Below are positions 32,838-41,922 of a stretch of DNA of 64,000 nucleotides, piece by piece (within the stretch, counting starts at the first letter, position 1; the number at the start of each line of letters is the position of its first letter). The stretch is taken from NCBI GenBank assembly GCA_965240325.2, contig OZ251222.1:1674001-1738000 (forward strand), read 5' to 3'. A model generated the notes under the pieces. The model saw only the letters and a program-made list of their open reading frames with translations. It was not told where the DNA came from and made no database searches. Both the position numbers and the translations under genes were made by a program. Source of the DNA: Rebecca billardiae RCC1528. Its lineage: Eukaryota > Protista > Haptophyta.

Positions 32838-34757
32838 CTAGCCGTCCGTTTTGGCTCTCCCCTTCGGATCCCTGCCCGGCTTGTCGCTGCCGCACCTCGG
32901 ACAATATTTGACATCCCTGCTGAATTTCCCCTGACAACGTGTGCATTTGTGTGCGAATTTGCATTTACTGTATGAGCAGCCTCCCGGTTTGTTGAATAGG
33001 CGGCAGATCGGCCCGCCGTCTCCACCGCCCCCTGACTCGTGCGGGCCGCGGAAATTATGCTTCGTGATGGCCGTAGTCATTGCCTCAGAGTTGAAAGCAT
33101 ACTGCAGTTCGCCCATTAAGCCGGTCTCCCCCGCGTGCATCCGCACTAATTCGTCGTACGCCACGGCTGTTTGTGGGTTGTGATTCCGAGACATAGACGC
33201 CACTCGCTCAAGGTGCTCGAGGGCTGCCTTGAGGATGGAGCCCATGTCCGCCTGGTGTTGGTTGCGAAGAAACCGAGAGTATGCTATGACAAAATCTTCG
33301 AGTGTGCGAATGCGCCGTGCCGCTCGCACGCTAAACTTCGTTTGCACTGATCCATCAGCCCCGTGTGTGATTTGTGCATCGTCCAGCATGTTTGCTGTCT
33401 GGGGCAGATAAGCCTGCAGGGCCACAATCGGGGCGATCGCTTGCCCTGTCAGTGCTTGCTGCAGCGAATTTTGGATGGCTAAATTCGACAATGGCCCCGG
33501 GCCAGCCAAGGGTCCTCCCATGCCCCCTAGCTGTGGTGGTATCGACTGTAGTAGCCCGGCTCCCCGGAGGCTATCCTCGCCCGCCCGAGAGCCAGATTGT
33601 GACTCGCCCTCGCTGCCGGCTAGTGTCCCTCTGCGACTCTTGCCGCCTCGATGCTTGGGCCTGCGCCGTCTCCTTTTCGTGACCGGAGTGACTTCGGTTT
33701 CCCGATCAGAAAGGAACTCGTCGTCTTCATACTCTCCCCTCGGAATGTCATCGTCCGTATCTTCGCCTAATTCGGAATCACTGCCTGAGTCATCACCATC
33801 TTGGTCGGGCTCTGGCGTGGCTGCCCTCTGTCGTTTATTCGACGGGGGCCCTTGCCTGAGTTGTCGACCTTCATCTGCCTGGCCTTTCCGTTTCTTGTCA
33901 GCACCGGCTGCACGGTTTGCAACCGGCGGGGTTGACTGTGCTGCCTTTGCACGACGGGCGTTGTTTTCCTGCGCGCGAGAACCACCCCGAGTCTCGGCCC
34001 TGGTGGCGCGCGGGCGGGCGGCAGCTCCTGCTCGCCCCGCCTGTGATCCTTTCCGCCCTCTCCTTGCGTTGGGATCTACTTCATAGTCAACGTCGTTCCT
34101 CGTTTGGGGGACGATATCCTCCACCTGGAGAGGTGGTTCAATCGTTCTGATCGCCCGACCCTCCTGGAAAGTAGTCACTTCCTGGTCATCGTCATCCTGA
34201 TCATCCACCTCCGAATCGTTTTCCCCCCGGTGATCCGAATCGTTCTCCTCACGGATCGGTACCTTCTTCCTTGTTGATGGCCCGCGGCGCGCCGCCTGTT
34301 TAGGCGCGGCCCGGCCCCCTTGGTTACGCGTAAAAGAGCTTTGATTCCTACTAGTACTGTGCGGGGGGGAGCGACCCTGCTCTTCAGCCGGCATGCCGCC
34401 TTCAAGCCTCCCTCCCCAAGATAGGTGCCAGCCCCCTCCTTCGAAGCGCGACGCAAACACGTGCGCTTGGGTGGGCACGCGCACAGATGCGCCGGCGCAA
34501 GGCGCAACCCCGCGCCCGTCCACTCTCCGCGCCAGGGGCGCGGCGCAGGAGGTGCGCCCGGCCGCAAGACTTCGCCGCAGGACGAAATGGCTGCCACTCG
34601 GTGCGGCGACCGTCGAAAGGTTGCCTCTGCCCGCTGCTCGGGGGCCGCACCCGGCCACGGTCCTCGTGCGGCGTGTGATCCTCGTGTGTCGCACGAGCCT
34701 CTGCCTTCGTGGGCTCCGCGTTTGGTCCCGGCTCCGCCTGTCCTCTCCCTTCTGCAC
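32838..34757 (-). CDS. Gag-like ORF1 with C-terminal CCCH and CxxC zinc fingers; true start uncertain
   Basis: Charged disordered N-half, helical core 'AVAYDELVRM', 'ICRLFNKPGGCSYSKCKFAHKCTRC..CPRC', typical of Ngaro/DIRS gag. Confidence 0.8.
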   Translation of the reverse strand: MQKGEDRRSRDQTRSPRRQRLVRHTRITRRTRTVAGCGPRAAGRGNLSTVAAPSGSHFVLRRSLAAGRTSCAAPLARRVDGRGVAPCAGASVRVPTQAHVFASRFEGGGWHLSWGGRLEGGMPAEEQGRSPPHSTSRNQSSFTRNQGGRAAPKQAARRGPSTRKKVPIREENDSDHRGENDSEVDDQDDDDQEVTTFQEGRAIRTIEPPLQVEDIVPQTRNDVDYEVDPNARRGRKGSQAGRAGAAARPRATRAETRGGSRAQENNARRAKAAQSTPPVANRAAGADKKRKGQADEGRQLRQGPPSNKRQRAATPEPDQDGDDSGSDSELGEDTDDDIPRGEYEDDEFLSDRETEVTPVTKRRRRRPKHRGGKSRRGTLAGSEGESQSGSRAGEDSLRGAGLLQSIPPQLGGMGGPLAGPGPLSNLAIQNSLQQALTGQAIAPIVALQAYLPQTANMLDDAQITHGADGSVQTKFSVRAARRIRTLEDFVIAYSRFLRNQHQADMGSILKAALEHLERVASMSRNHNPQTAVAYDELVRMHAGETGLMGELQYAFNSEAMTTAITKHNFRGPHESGGGGDGGPICRLFNKPGGCSYSKCKFAHKCTRCQGKFSRDVKYCPRCGSDKPGRDPKGRAKTDG

Positions 34758-35147
34758 TGGCGCGCGCGCGCGCGCGCGGCGGCGATGACTGATCGTACTT
34801 CACACTCTTCCTGTCGCGCGACAGTGTACCTCTGCATCATACGTATTGCCCGTACGGCTGCATCCAAGTACGTTTGTACGTCCTGGATGTTCCATTTGCC
34901 AGCTACCTCTCTCCGAGGCCTCACGCGTTCGGCTGCCTACTGGGCCCTTGGCTGCCAGCTACGATCCGAATGGTGTCTCTCCTTGCGCGCGCGCGCGACG
35001 CGCGCGGCGCCGCCAACTCTGGTGAGAGCCTCCGCCTGGATCCTGCCTTACTGCCGGCCTCTACCGGCCGTCAATGGCCATGTTGCCAAGGGCCGCCGAC
35101 GGTTGGCCCGACTAAAGTTCTCGTTAGACACTGTGGTCTAAGAGGGG
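34332..35147 (-). repeat. Split direct repeat A1 (5' end of element)
   Basis: Matches 27898-28726. Confidence 0.95.
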
Positions 35148-35438
35148 ATATATCTGGGCCAATTTCGCTCTGGCTGATGAGTGATGGCGGGGCGCCTCGA
35201 GCTGCTCGCGACGAAGCCGCCGAGCTGGGCAGGGGGACTCTGCAGCCTGCATCTGACTGACCACGACTGACGTCTTAGTCGGACGGTGGGACCGTGTCCG
35301 TGAACCGGGGCACGGCCGCCACTGCGTGACGATCGTCATGAGACCGGGCCGAGTCGCGGGGAGTCAAGCTGCTAGCTATGGGCACAGAGCAGCTCAACGA
35401 ACAGACGGTCCACGCGCGTACGCGGCATCCATAGGCTC

Positions 35439-38400
35439 TCAGCCCGGGATGACAGACGGCGTGGTGTTGGCGTGCACCAGCTGCATGCCAGGCGGCGCCC
35501 CCGGCACCATCAGGCCGTTGTGGTGGTGAGTGGCGCCCGGCGGCGCCCACGCGGCCCACGACGGCTGATGGTCGCGGTGGTGATGCAGCGACGCCACCGG
35601 CCGCGCGTTCGGCGGCGCCGCGCGCAGCGGCACGCGCAGCGCCTGCTGCTGCGCGGCCGACGGCCAGGAGGCGCGCGTGAAGCCATCGCCCGAGTGAAGC
35701 AGTGCGCCGAGCGCAGCGCGCGAGTCGTCGCTCGACTCCCGCGCGCCGCCCCACATGCGCGCGGAGGAGGGCGCGGCGCGCGCGTGGAACTCGGCGAGCG
35801 TCGCCGGCCAGCTCGAGTCGTCCAGCTCGCCGCCGCCGCCGCCAAGCCTCAGCAGCCTGTGCTGCTGCTCGACGGCCGCAGCCGCGGCCGCGCGCGGCTC
35901 GGCGCCGAGCGCGCCGCACACGGGGGCTGCGATGAGTTCCGCCTGCGCGCGCGCCGCCTCCTCGTAGATGCGCCTGGCCTCGCCCTCGCGCGCGTCGAGC
36001 TCGCGCGCGGCGGCGGCGGCGTGCGCGCGCTCGCCGCCCGGCACGCCGCCCGCGCCTTCGGCGGCGGAGCGCGCCAGCCCCAGCCGCACCAGCCGCGCAT
36101 AGTCCGCCTCCACATAGCCGGCCACCCGCACGACTGTGAGCCCCGCGCCGAGCGACACGCGTTCGTACGCAGGCGGCGCGGCGGGCGGCGCGCCCGCGGC
36201 GCCGTTGGCGTGCGGCGGGGCGCTGTCGTACGTCTTGGCGTGCGCGAGCGCGGGCGGCGTGGCGGAGGGCAGGTGCCCCGTGCTGTGCGAGCTGGGCACC
36301 ACGCCGGCCGCGACGAGCAGCGTCGTGCCGCCGCGGCTGGGTCCATCCAAGCCTGAGCCCGCGCCCGGCGCGCTGGGCGAGGGGCGGCGCGAGCCGAGCG
36401 TCCAGGACGGGCGGCGTGAGCCGGGGCCGTCGGCGTGCACGCGCATCGGCGTGCGCAGCGCGTGCTGCTCCGCGTCGTCCTCGTCGTCCACGCCGTCCGC
36501 GCTGATCGACGGCACGGGCGCGCCGCCCATCCACGAGGACGGCCTGCGGCTGAGCGTGAAGGGCGGCGGCCGACCGTCGGCGTGATCGGCCGCGGCGGCG
36601 CTCGCGCTCTCCTCCGGGGTGGAGAGGGAGGCGCTCGCGTCGCGCGCGAAGCACGGGCGCGCGAGCAGCTCGTCGAACGACGTGAACAGCCACGGCTCGT
36701 ACAGCTCGCCAAACTCAACGTCGCGCTCGGCGCGCCAGCGCGCGAGCGCGCCCGCGGCGCCGCCCTCGGCGCCGCCCTCCGCGCCGCCCTCGGCGCCGCC
36801 CTCGGCGCCGCCAGGCTCGCCGCGCGCGCCGCTCCCGTCGGCGTCGGCCGCCGCCGCGGCCGCCGGGGCGGCATGCGCCGGCGCCGCGCCGGCCGCGCCC
36901 TCCGCGCTCGCCGCCGCCGAGCGGCTCGCCTGCAGCGCGCCCGTGTGCAGGTAGTGGTCGGTGCTGAGCTCCCAGAGCTGGGGCTGCCCCGCGCGCGCCG
37001 GCGGTCGGAACTTTCCGAGAAACAGGTTCAGGATGTCCTGCTTCTCGACGTCGGTGAAGGTGTTGGAGTAGAAGCGCGAGACGGAGTGGACGAGGTCCTT
37101 CGCGGCGTTCGACGAGATCGCGTGCACCGTGTGCGAGCCGCCGTACTGCAGCGCGATCTGCGTTCCCATCTCCTCGAACATGGTGCACATCGCGTCCTGC
37201 GCGGCCGCGGCGAGCGGTGAGGCGGCCGCCGCCATCGCGGCCGAGTGCAGGCCGCCGAGCGGGAGCTCGGCCTGCGCGATCGGGGTGGCGGCGCCGTCGG
37301 CCACCGCGCCGCCGACGATGCCGCCGCCGCCGCCGTCGCCGCTCGCCGTCATCGTCGACGCCCGCCGGCTGGCCCGGCGCGCCGCGCTGCGACCGCCGTG
37401 CTGAGATTCGGCGCGAGCCGGCAGACGCGTCGCGGGCGGCGGCGGCGTGAGTGCGAGCGCCGTGAGCTGGTGCGTGAGGAGCACCAGCCCGAGCGAGTAC
37501 TGCGCCACGTTGGTCCTATCGAGGCAGTCAATGCAGTTGGTGCGCACCACGCCGGACTGCGTGCGCGCCGCCGGCGTGCGCGCGCGCGCAGCCGGGGCGC
37601 GCGCCGGAGCGCGCGAGCCGCCGTCCGCGCCGGCGTCCGCGTCCGCGCCGCGCGGCTCGTCGGCTGCGCTGGGGCGAGCGTCGACGCCTTCGCCCGCGAC
37701 GAAGAGCCCGGTCGTCTCCGCCATCGGCTCGGTGTACCGCGCGAGCACCTCCAGGATGTCCGCGCCCTTGCGGGTGGTCTCACGCTTGTAGTCAAGTGCA
37801 ACATACTGCAGGGAAGCGCGCGCGGGCTCGCGCCGCGCGCGCGCCTGCAGGTGCGCCACGGCCTCCTCGAAGCAGAGGCCGAGGTACGTCTCGCGCGGGC
37901 GGCGCTCGAACTGCTTGATCAGCGAGAAGAGCACGACGGGCGAGCCGTACTCCCCGCCCAGCCGCTCAAAGTGCTTCCACGTCAGGTCGAACATCGGGTC
38001 ATACCGCAGCAGATGGATGTCGTGTCGCGGGGTCATGCCCGGGGCCTCGCCGTGCCACCACAGGATCGGGATCGAGCCGCGGAGCTGCACGGCGGAGGAG
38101 GCGCGGCGCATCGAGAGGCCGCCGGCGCTCTCGTCCCACACGATCTGCTCCGTCTCCACCTCGTTCGCCGCGTGCCCGCCCGAGCTGATGCCGCGCTTGA
38201 GCAGGCGCACACCCGCGTAGTGCCGCGAGCGGCGCGCGATCAGCGTGAGCCGCACGAGCCGTCCAAACGGCCGCAGCACCGTCTGCGCAAAGAAGCCGTG
38301 CACGATGGGCGTGAGCCACGCGCGCGCGTCGCGCGGGCTGAGCGCGCGCGCGCAGGTGTCCATCAAGAACTGGTTCCACACGTACCGCTCCTTGGGCGGC

Positions 38401-39632
38401 GGCTCGGCCTCGTCCGCACCGGCGGCGGCGCTCGCGGCGGTGCCACCCGCCGGCGCGCCGCGCGCGGCCGAGGAGGGAGCGGTGGCCGACGCTGAGGGCG
38501 CCGCGCCGCGCTCGCGCCGCGCGCGGCGGAGCTTCGCGTGCTCCTGGAGCGTGCGCGTCAGGTCGTACCCGTGCGAGTAGTAGCAGTCCTTCGTCAGGTC
38601 CATCGAGACGAACATGCTTCGATATCGTTTCTCTAGCAGCACCCGGTGCACCGCAGAGCCGCGCCAAGACGCGTGTAGCTCGCTGATCAGCCTGCCGAGC
38701 TGGCGCGCGGGCGCGCGCGCGAGCGAGGGCCAGCTGCCGCTCGCCGCGCCGCCGGCACCGTCGTGCTCGCTCACGGTCGAGAGCCTGCTGCCGACCGTGT
38801 GCATACTCGCACTCGCGCGCGGCACTCCGGCCGGCGCTCGGGGCGCCGCGGACGCGGCAGCCGCCGCCGCGCATGCGCTCGCGCTCAGCGGTCGGCTGAG
38901 CCCTTCGCCGTCAGAGGCGGACGGCGCGGCGATGGCGGCGGGCGCGGCGACGGCGGGCGCGGGCCACGCGGCAGACGTGCCACCTGCCGCACGGTCGCTG
39001 CCATCGCTGGGCGCGAGCGCCGCGGGCGCGGCCAGCGCGTCACCACAGGCGTGGACGGCGGCGGCGCCGCCCCCGCTGCCAGCCAAGAGCGCGGCAGGCA
39101 GCGGTTGCTCGGCATCGGGCGACCGGACGGGCTGCGCAGGCACGTCGGAGGGCGTCGTCCCGCCGCCGCCGAGACCCGCGAGCCCGAACCCGCCCGCCGA
39201 CGGCGGCGCGACTGACACGAGCGCCGTCCCGTCGATGCGGAAGACCGAGTGCGCGCCGAGCAGCCCGACGTGCTCCTGCCGTGTGCCGAACAGCATGTAG
39301 TAGCCCTCGAGGAAGCGGATCATGCCGAAGAAGGCGTGCGCGCGGAGGACGAAGAGCAGGCCCGCCGGGTGCCCCTTCGCCTTCGTCGCCGCGTGGATGC
39401 GCTGCAGCAGCCGCCACTTCTCGCGCGCCGTGTACGCGCCCGCGTCCATCTCGATCGGGGGCACGTCCGCGCCGCGCCCGTCGGCTGGCGTGACCTCCCG
39501 CCGCACCTTGAGCAGCGCGAAGGTGTCCGACGGCGGCGATCTGCCGAAGACGTAGCACGCGTACGGCGTCTCGTACACCTCGATCTCCGAGTAGCCCCGC
39601 ATCGGCGGCATGGCCGCGCCAGCCATCCCCAT
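35439..39632 (-). CDS. FIG4: SAC-domain polyphosphoinositide phosphatase FIG4/SAC3
   Basis: N-terminal 'EVYET..YVFG', 'GMIRFLEGYYM', 'ARRSRHYAGVRLLKRG', 'ANEVETEQIV', 'RGSIP', catalytic 'RTNCIDCLDRTN', 'ALQYGGS', 'RFYSNTFTD.EKQ..NLFLG'. Confidence 0.92.
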   Translation of the reverse strand: MGMAGAAMPPMRGYSEIEVYETPYACYVFGRSPPSDTFALLKVRREVTPADGRGADVPPIEMDAGAYTAREKWRLLQRIHAATKAKGHPAGLLFVLRAHAFFGMIRFLEGYYMLFGTRQEHVGLLGAHSVFRIDGTALVSVAPPSAGGFGLAGLGGGGTTPSDVPAQPVRSPDAEQPLPAALLAGSGGGAAAVHACGDALAAPAALAPSDGSDRAAGGTSAAWPAPAVAAPAAIAAPSASDGEGLSRPLSASACAAAAAASAAPRAPAGVPRASASMHTVGSRLSTVSEHDGAGGAASGSWPSLARAPARQLGRLISELHASWRGSAVHRVLLEKRYRSMFVSMDLTKDCYYSHGYDLTRTLQEHAKLRRARRERGAAPSASATAPSSAARGAPAGGTAASAAAGADEAEPPPKERYVWNQFLMDTCARALSPRDARAWLTPIVHGFFAQTVLRPFGRLVRLTLIARRSRHYAGVRLLKRGISSGGHAANEVETEQIVWDESAGGLSMRRASSAVQLRGSIPILWWHGEAPGMTPRHDIHLLRYDPMFDLTWKHFERLGGEYGSPVVLFSLIKQFERRPRETYLGLCFEEAVAHLQARARREPARASLQYVALDYKRETTRKGADILEVLARYTEPMAETTGLFVAGEGVDARPSAADEPRGADADAGADGGSRAPARAPAARARTPAARTQSGVVRTNCIDCLDRTNVAQYSLGLVLLTHQLTALALTPPPPATRLPARAESQHGGRSAARRASRRASTMTASGDGGGGGIVGGAVADGAATPIAQAELPLGGLHSAAMAAAASPLAAAAQDAMCTMFEEMGTQIALQYGGSHTVHAISSNAAKDLVHSVSRFYSNTFTDVEKQDILNLFLGKFRPPARAGQPQLWELSTDHYLHTGALQASRSAAASAEGAAGAAPAHAAPAAAAAADADGSGARGEPGGAEGGAEGGAEGGAEGGAAGALARWRAERDVEFGELYEPWLFTSFDELLARPCFARDASASLSTPEESASAAAADHADGRPPPFTLSRRPSSWMGGAPVPSISADGVDDEDDAEQHALRTPMRVHADGPGSRRPSWTLGSRRPSPSAPGAGSGLDGPSRGGTTLLVAAGVVPSSHSTGHLPSATPPALAHAKTYDSAPPHANGAAGAPPAAPPAYERVSLGAGLTVVRVAGYVEADYARLVRLGLARSAAEGAGGVPGGERAHAAAAARELDAREGEARRIYEEAARAQAELIAAPVCGALGAEPRAAAAAAVEQQHRLLRLGGGGGELDDSSWPATLAEFHARAAPSSARMWGGARESSDDSRAALGALLHSGDGFTRASWPSAAQQQALRVPLRAAPPNARPVASLHHHRDHQPSWAAWAPPGATHHHNGLMVPGAPPGMQLVHANTTPSVIPG

Positions 39633-39664
39633 CAGAACGGAAAATAAATGACAAAAATGTACAC

Positions 39665-40587
39665 GTGATGGGCGACTATGAGGGGGGGGGACGACGGCGA
39701 GGAGCGCTGATCCTGGTGTTTGTCTCTGCTGCTCGATCTGCTGCTACAGCTTGCTGACGATTGCTGACTCTGACGCCTGCCCGTCGCATACCACGTCGTT
39801 AATATATTACGTCCTGCTGCTACAGCTTGCTGACTCTGACGCCTGCCCGTTGCATACCACGTCGTTAATATATTACGTCCGCCCGCGGGGGCGCTGCATA
39901 CGACGACTACTTCGAGACGACGGCTGACGACGCGTGGCACCGCGACCACCGCGGTGGCGCGTGCGCGTCGACGCCAGACGGTGCGTCGAGCTTCCGCTCG
40001 GCGATGGAGTGATGGGCGACTATGAGGGGGGGGGACGACGGCGAGGAGCGCTGATCCTGGTGTTTGTCTCTGCTGCTCGATCTGCTGCTACAGCTTGCTG
40101 ACTCTGACGCCTGCCCGTTGCATACCACGTCGTTAATATATTACGTCGCCGCCGCGTGCCCCAGGCCGAGGCAGTGCTCCATCCCGCCCCCGCTCCCGTA
40201 GGGGGGCAGGGCTGCGGGTGGCGCACTGCCTGACCTGGTCGGAAGGCGCGGACGCATTCTATATGTGTCTGCTGCACTCTGAGCCTGACGCTTGCCCGTT
40301 GCATACCACGTCGTTATATATTACGAGACGACGGCTGACGACGCGTGGCACCGCGACCACCGTGGTGGCGCGCGCGCGTCGACGCCAGACGGTGCGTCGA
40401 GCTTCCGCTCGGCGATGGAGTGATGGGCGGCTACGAGGGGGGGGGGGGACGACGACGAGGAGCGCTGATCCTGGTGTTTGTCTCTGCTGCTCGATCTGCT
40501 GCTACAGCTTGCTGACTCTGACGCCTGCCCGTAGTTCAAGTTGAAGTTGCTGAAGTTGCATACTCCACGTCGTTAATATTATGACGC
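39665..40587. repeat. Complex modular direct-repeat array
   Basis: Module X (gtgatgggcg..ctgcccgt) near 39665, 40010, 40420; module Y (gagacgacggctgac..gatgga) near 39914, 40325; motif gcataccacgtcgttaatatattacg about five times. Confidence 0.9.
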
Positions 40588-41292
40588 GGCCGGCCTGACA
40601 GGCAGACAGCGTCACTGCGACTGTGCCGACTGTCTGCGTCACAGACACAGCCGCACAGCGTCGTCAGGCTAACACGTGGAAACTTACCGAAGTCCTTGTC
40701 GACGATAGTCGATATACTGTACATCCAGGACATTCATCAAATTCGTGAATCGTGAGTGGCCTTCGACCCTCTGGGTGAATCACATGCGTCGAAGCTTGCT
40801 TGGTGCTAGCGGCAACGGTGTAGCATCACAGTGTCGCAGTCTCAAATGTTGGCACCTTACGCGCTGCGTCACCTGCGCACCATCACGCCGGGCGGCGTCG
40901 CTGCGACGGGCGGCTGCGTCACACCGTCACCGGGCCGGTGCGGCCGGCCTAGAGGCGACGGCAACAAGGAGGCTTTGCACGGTTCGGTTGCCCGCCGGGT
41001 CAGCAGGCCTCGTCGATATCAGGCATGCACTTCTCGCCAGCCGCCACAAGTGGTGGCCGGCCGGGTCAGGTCGAGCCCGAGGCTGCTGCTCCCGCCGCGC
41101 GCTCGGGGCGACCACCAGCGGACGCGCGCCTGCATACAGCACAGCTCTGCACACAGGTCATGCCGTGGCTGTCGGCGGCGAGCGAGCGTGGCGCGGCAGC
41201 GCATGCCCGCCAATGGATCGAACACGCCCCTCGTGCCGACCCGCCCTGGCCACTGACGACCTGGCCCTCGCGCAGCCGTCGCGCGGCGGCGC

Positions 41293-41646
41293 TCAGCGCG
41301 GTTGCCGCTCGAGCCGGCGCTCCTCCCAGAGACGGCGGTGGTGGTTGCCGTGGTGCGGGTCCGAGGGCGCGCCATGCGTCTTCGGCTCACGGCGCACGCC
41401 GACGCAGCCACCAGCCTGGAGGTCACAGATGGGGAACTCCGGAGGGCAGCAGCTCTTCATGTCCGAGCAGCACGTCGCGCCCTTGGCCTCGCAGCAGAAG
41501 AAGTGCGTCGCCGCCTCGTTGCTCTTGCAGCACGTCTGGTCGTCGTCGCAGTACCGCTCGTCGCCACAGTACACGGCGTGTGCTCTCCCGCGAAGTGCGA
41601 TGAGGGCGAGCCCCAGGAGCACCCGCAGCGCGATCCTGCGTCTCAT
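41293..41646 (-). CDS. Small secreted single-granulin-domain protein (117 aa)
   Basis: Signal peptide MRRRIALRVLLGLALIALRGRAHA, then C-x5-C-x5-CC-x10-CC-x6-CC-x5-CC-x6-C-x6-C: the 12-Cys granulin pattern including 'CCSD' and 'CCP'. Confidence 0.85.
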   Translation of the reverse strand: MRRRIALRVLLGLALIALRGRAHAVYCGDERYCDDDQTCCKSNEAATHFFCCEAKGATCCSDMKSCCPPEFPICDLQAGGCVGVRREPKTHGAPSDPHHGNHHRRLWEERRLERQPR

Positions 41647-41922
41647 GCACGAGCCGGCCCCGCGCCGATCGGCGAGAGGAGCCGGAGCAATGGGGCCACC
41701 GTGCGTGCGCACCCCTTCGCCTTCGAATCGGCCTGGAACTCTACAACTTACAAGTCGGGCACCGGACCGCCTGGGCCCGCAGCCCCGCACCGGAGTCCGG
41801 AGTTGAGAGTTCGCAGCGGCCAGCTTCCTCCCGGACCCGTCACCGTCAGGGCGCGAGTTTTCCATTTGAAACTGCTCGCTTTGGCCCGGGCGCAGGTCTG
41901 GACGACGGACGCGTTCGCGGCA

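Larger units (their letters stand above)
27188..35147 (-). mobile_element. Tyrosine-recombinase retrotransposon (DIRS order, Ngaro/PAT-type split direct repeats), ~8 kb, apparently full length
   Basis: Minus-strand order A1(35147-34332), gag, RT, RNase H, YR, B1(29264-28727), A2(28726-27898), unique spacer, B2(27725-27188). Much lower GC than host genes; no DDE integrase or protease. Confidence 0.93.

Noticed and set aside
27188-35147. LTR retrotransposon or prophage integrase interpretation
   Set aside because: No DDE integrase or protease; split-repeat layout with RT-RNH-YR is diagnostic of the DIRS order.
35174-35216. Possible hammerhead ribozyme (CTGATGA..CGAAG) beside the retrotransposon end
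   Set aside because: GAAA core is absent and no convincing stems II/III.
39665-40587. CRISPR-like array
   Set aside because: Intervening segments repeat and vary widely in length; no cas genes; eukaryotic context.
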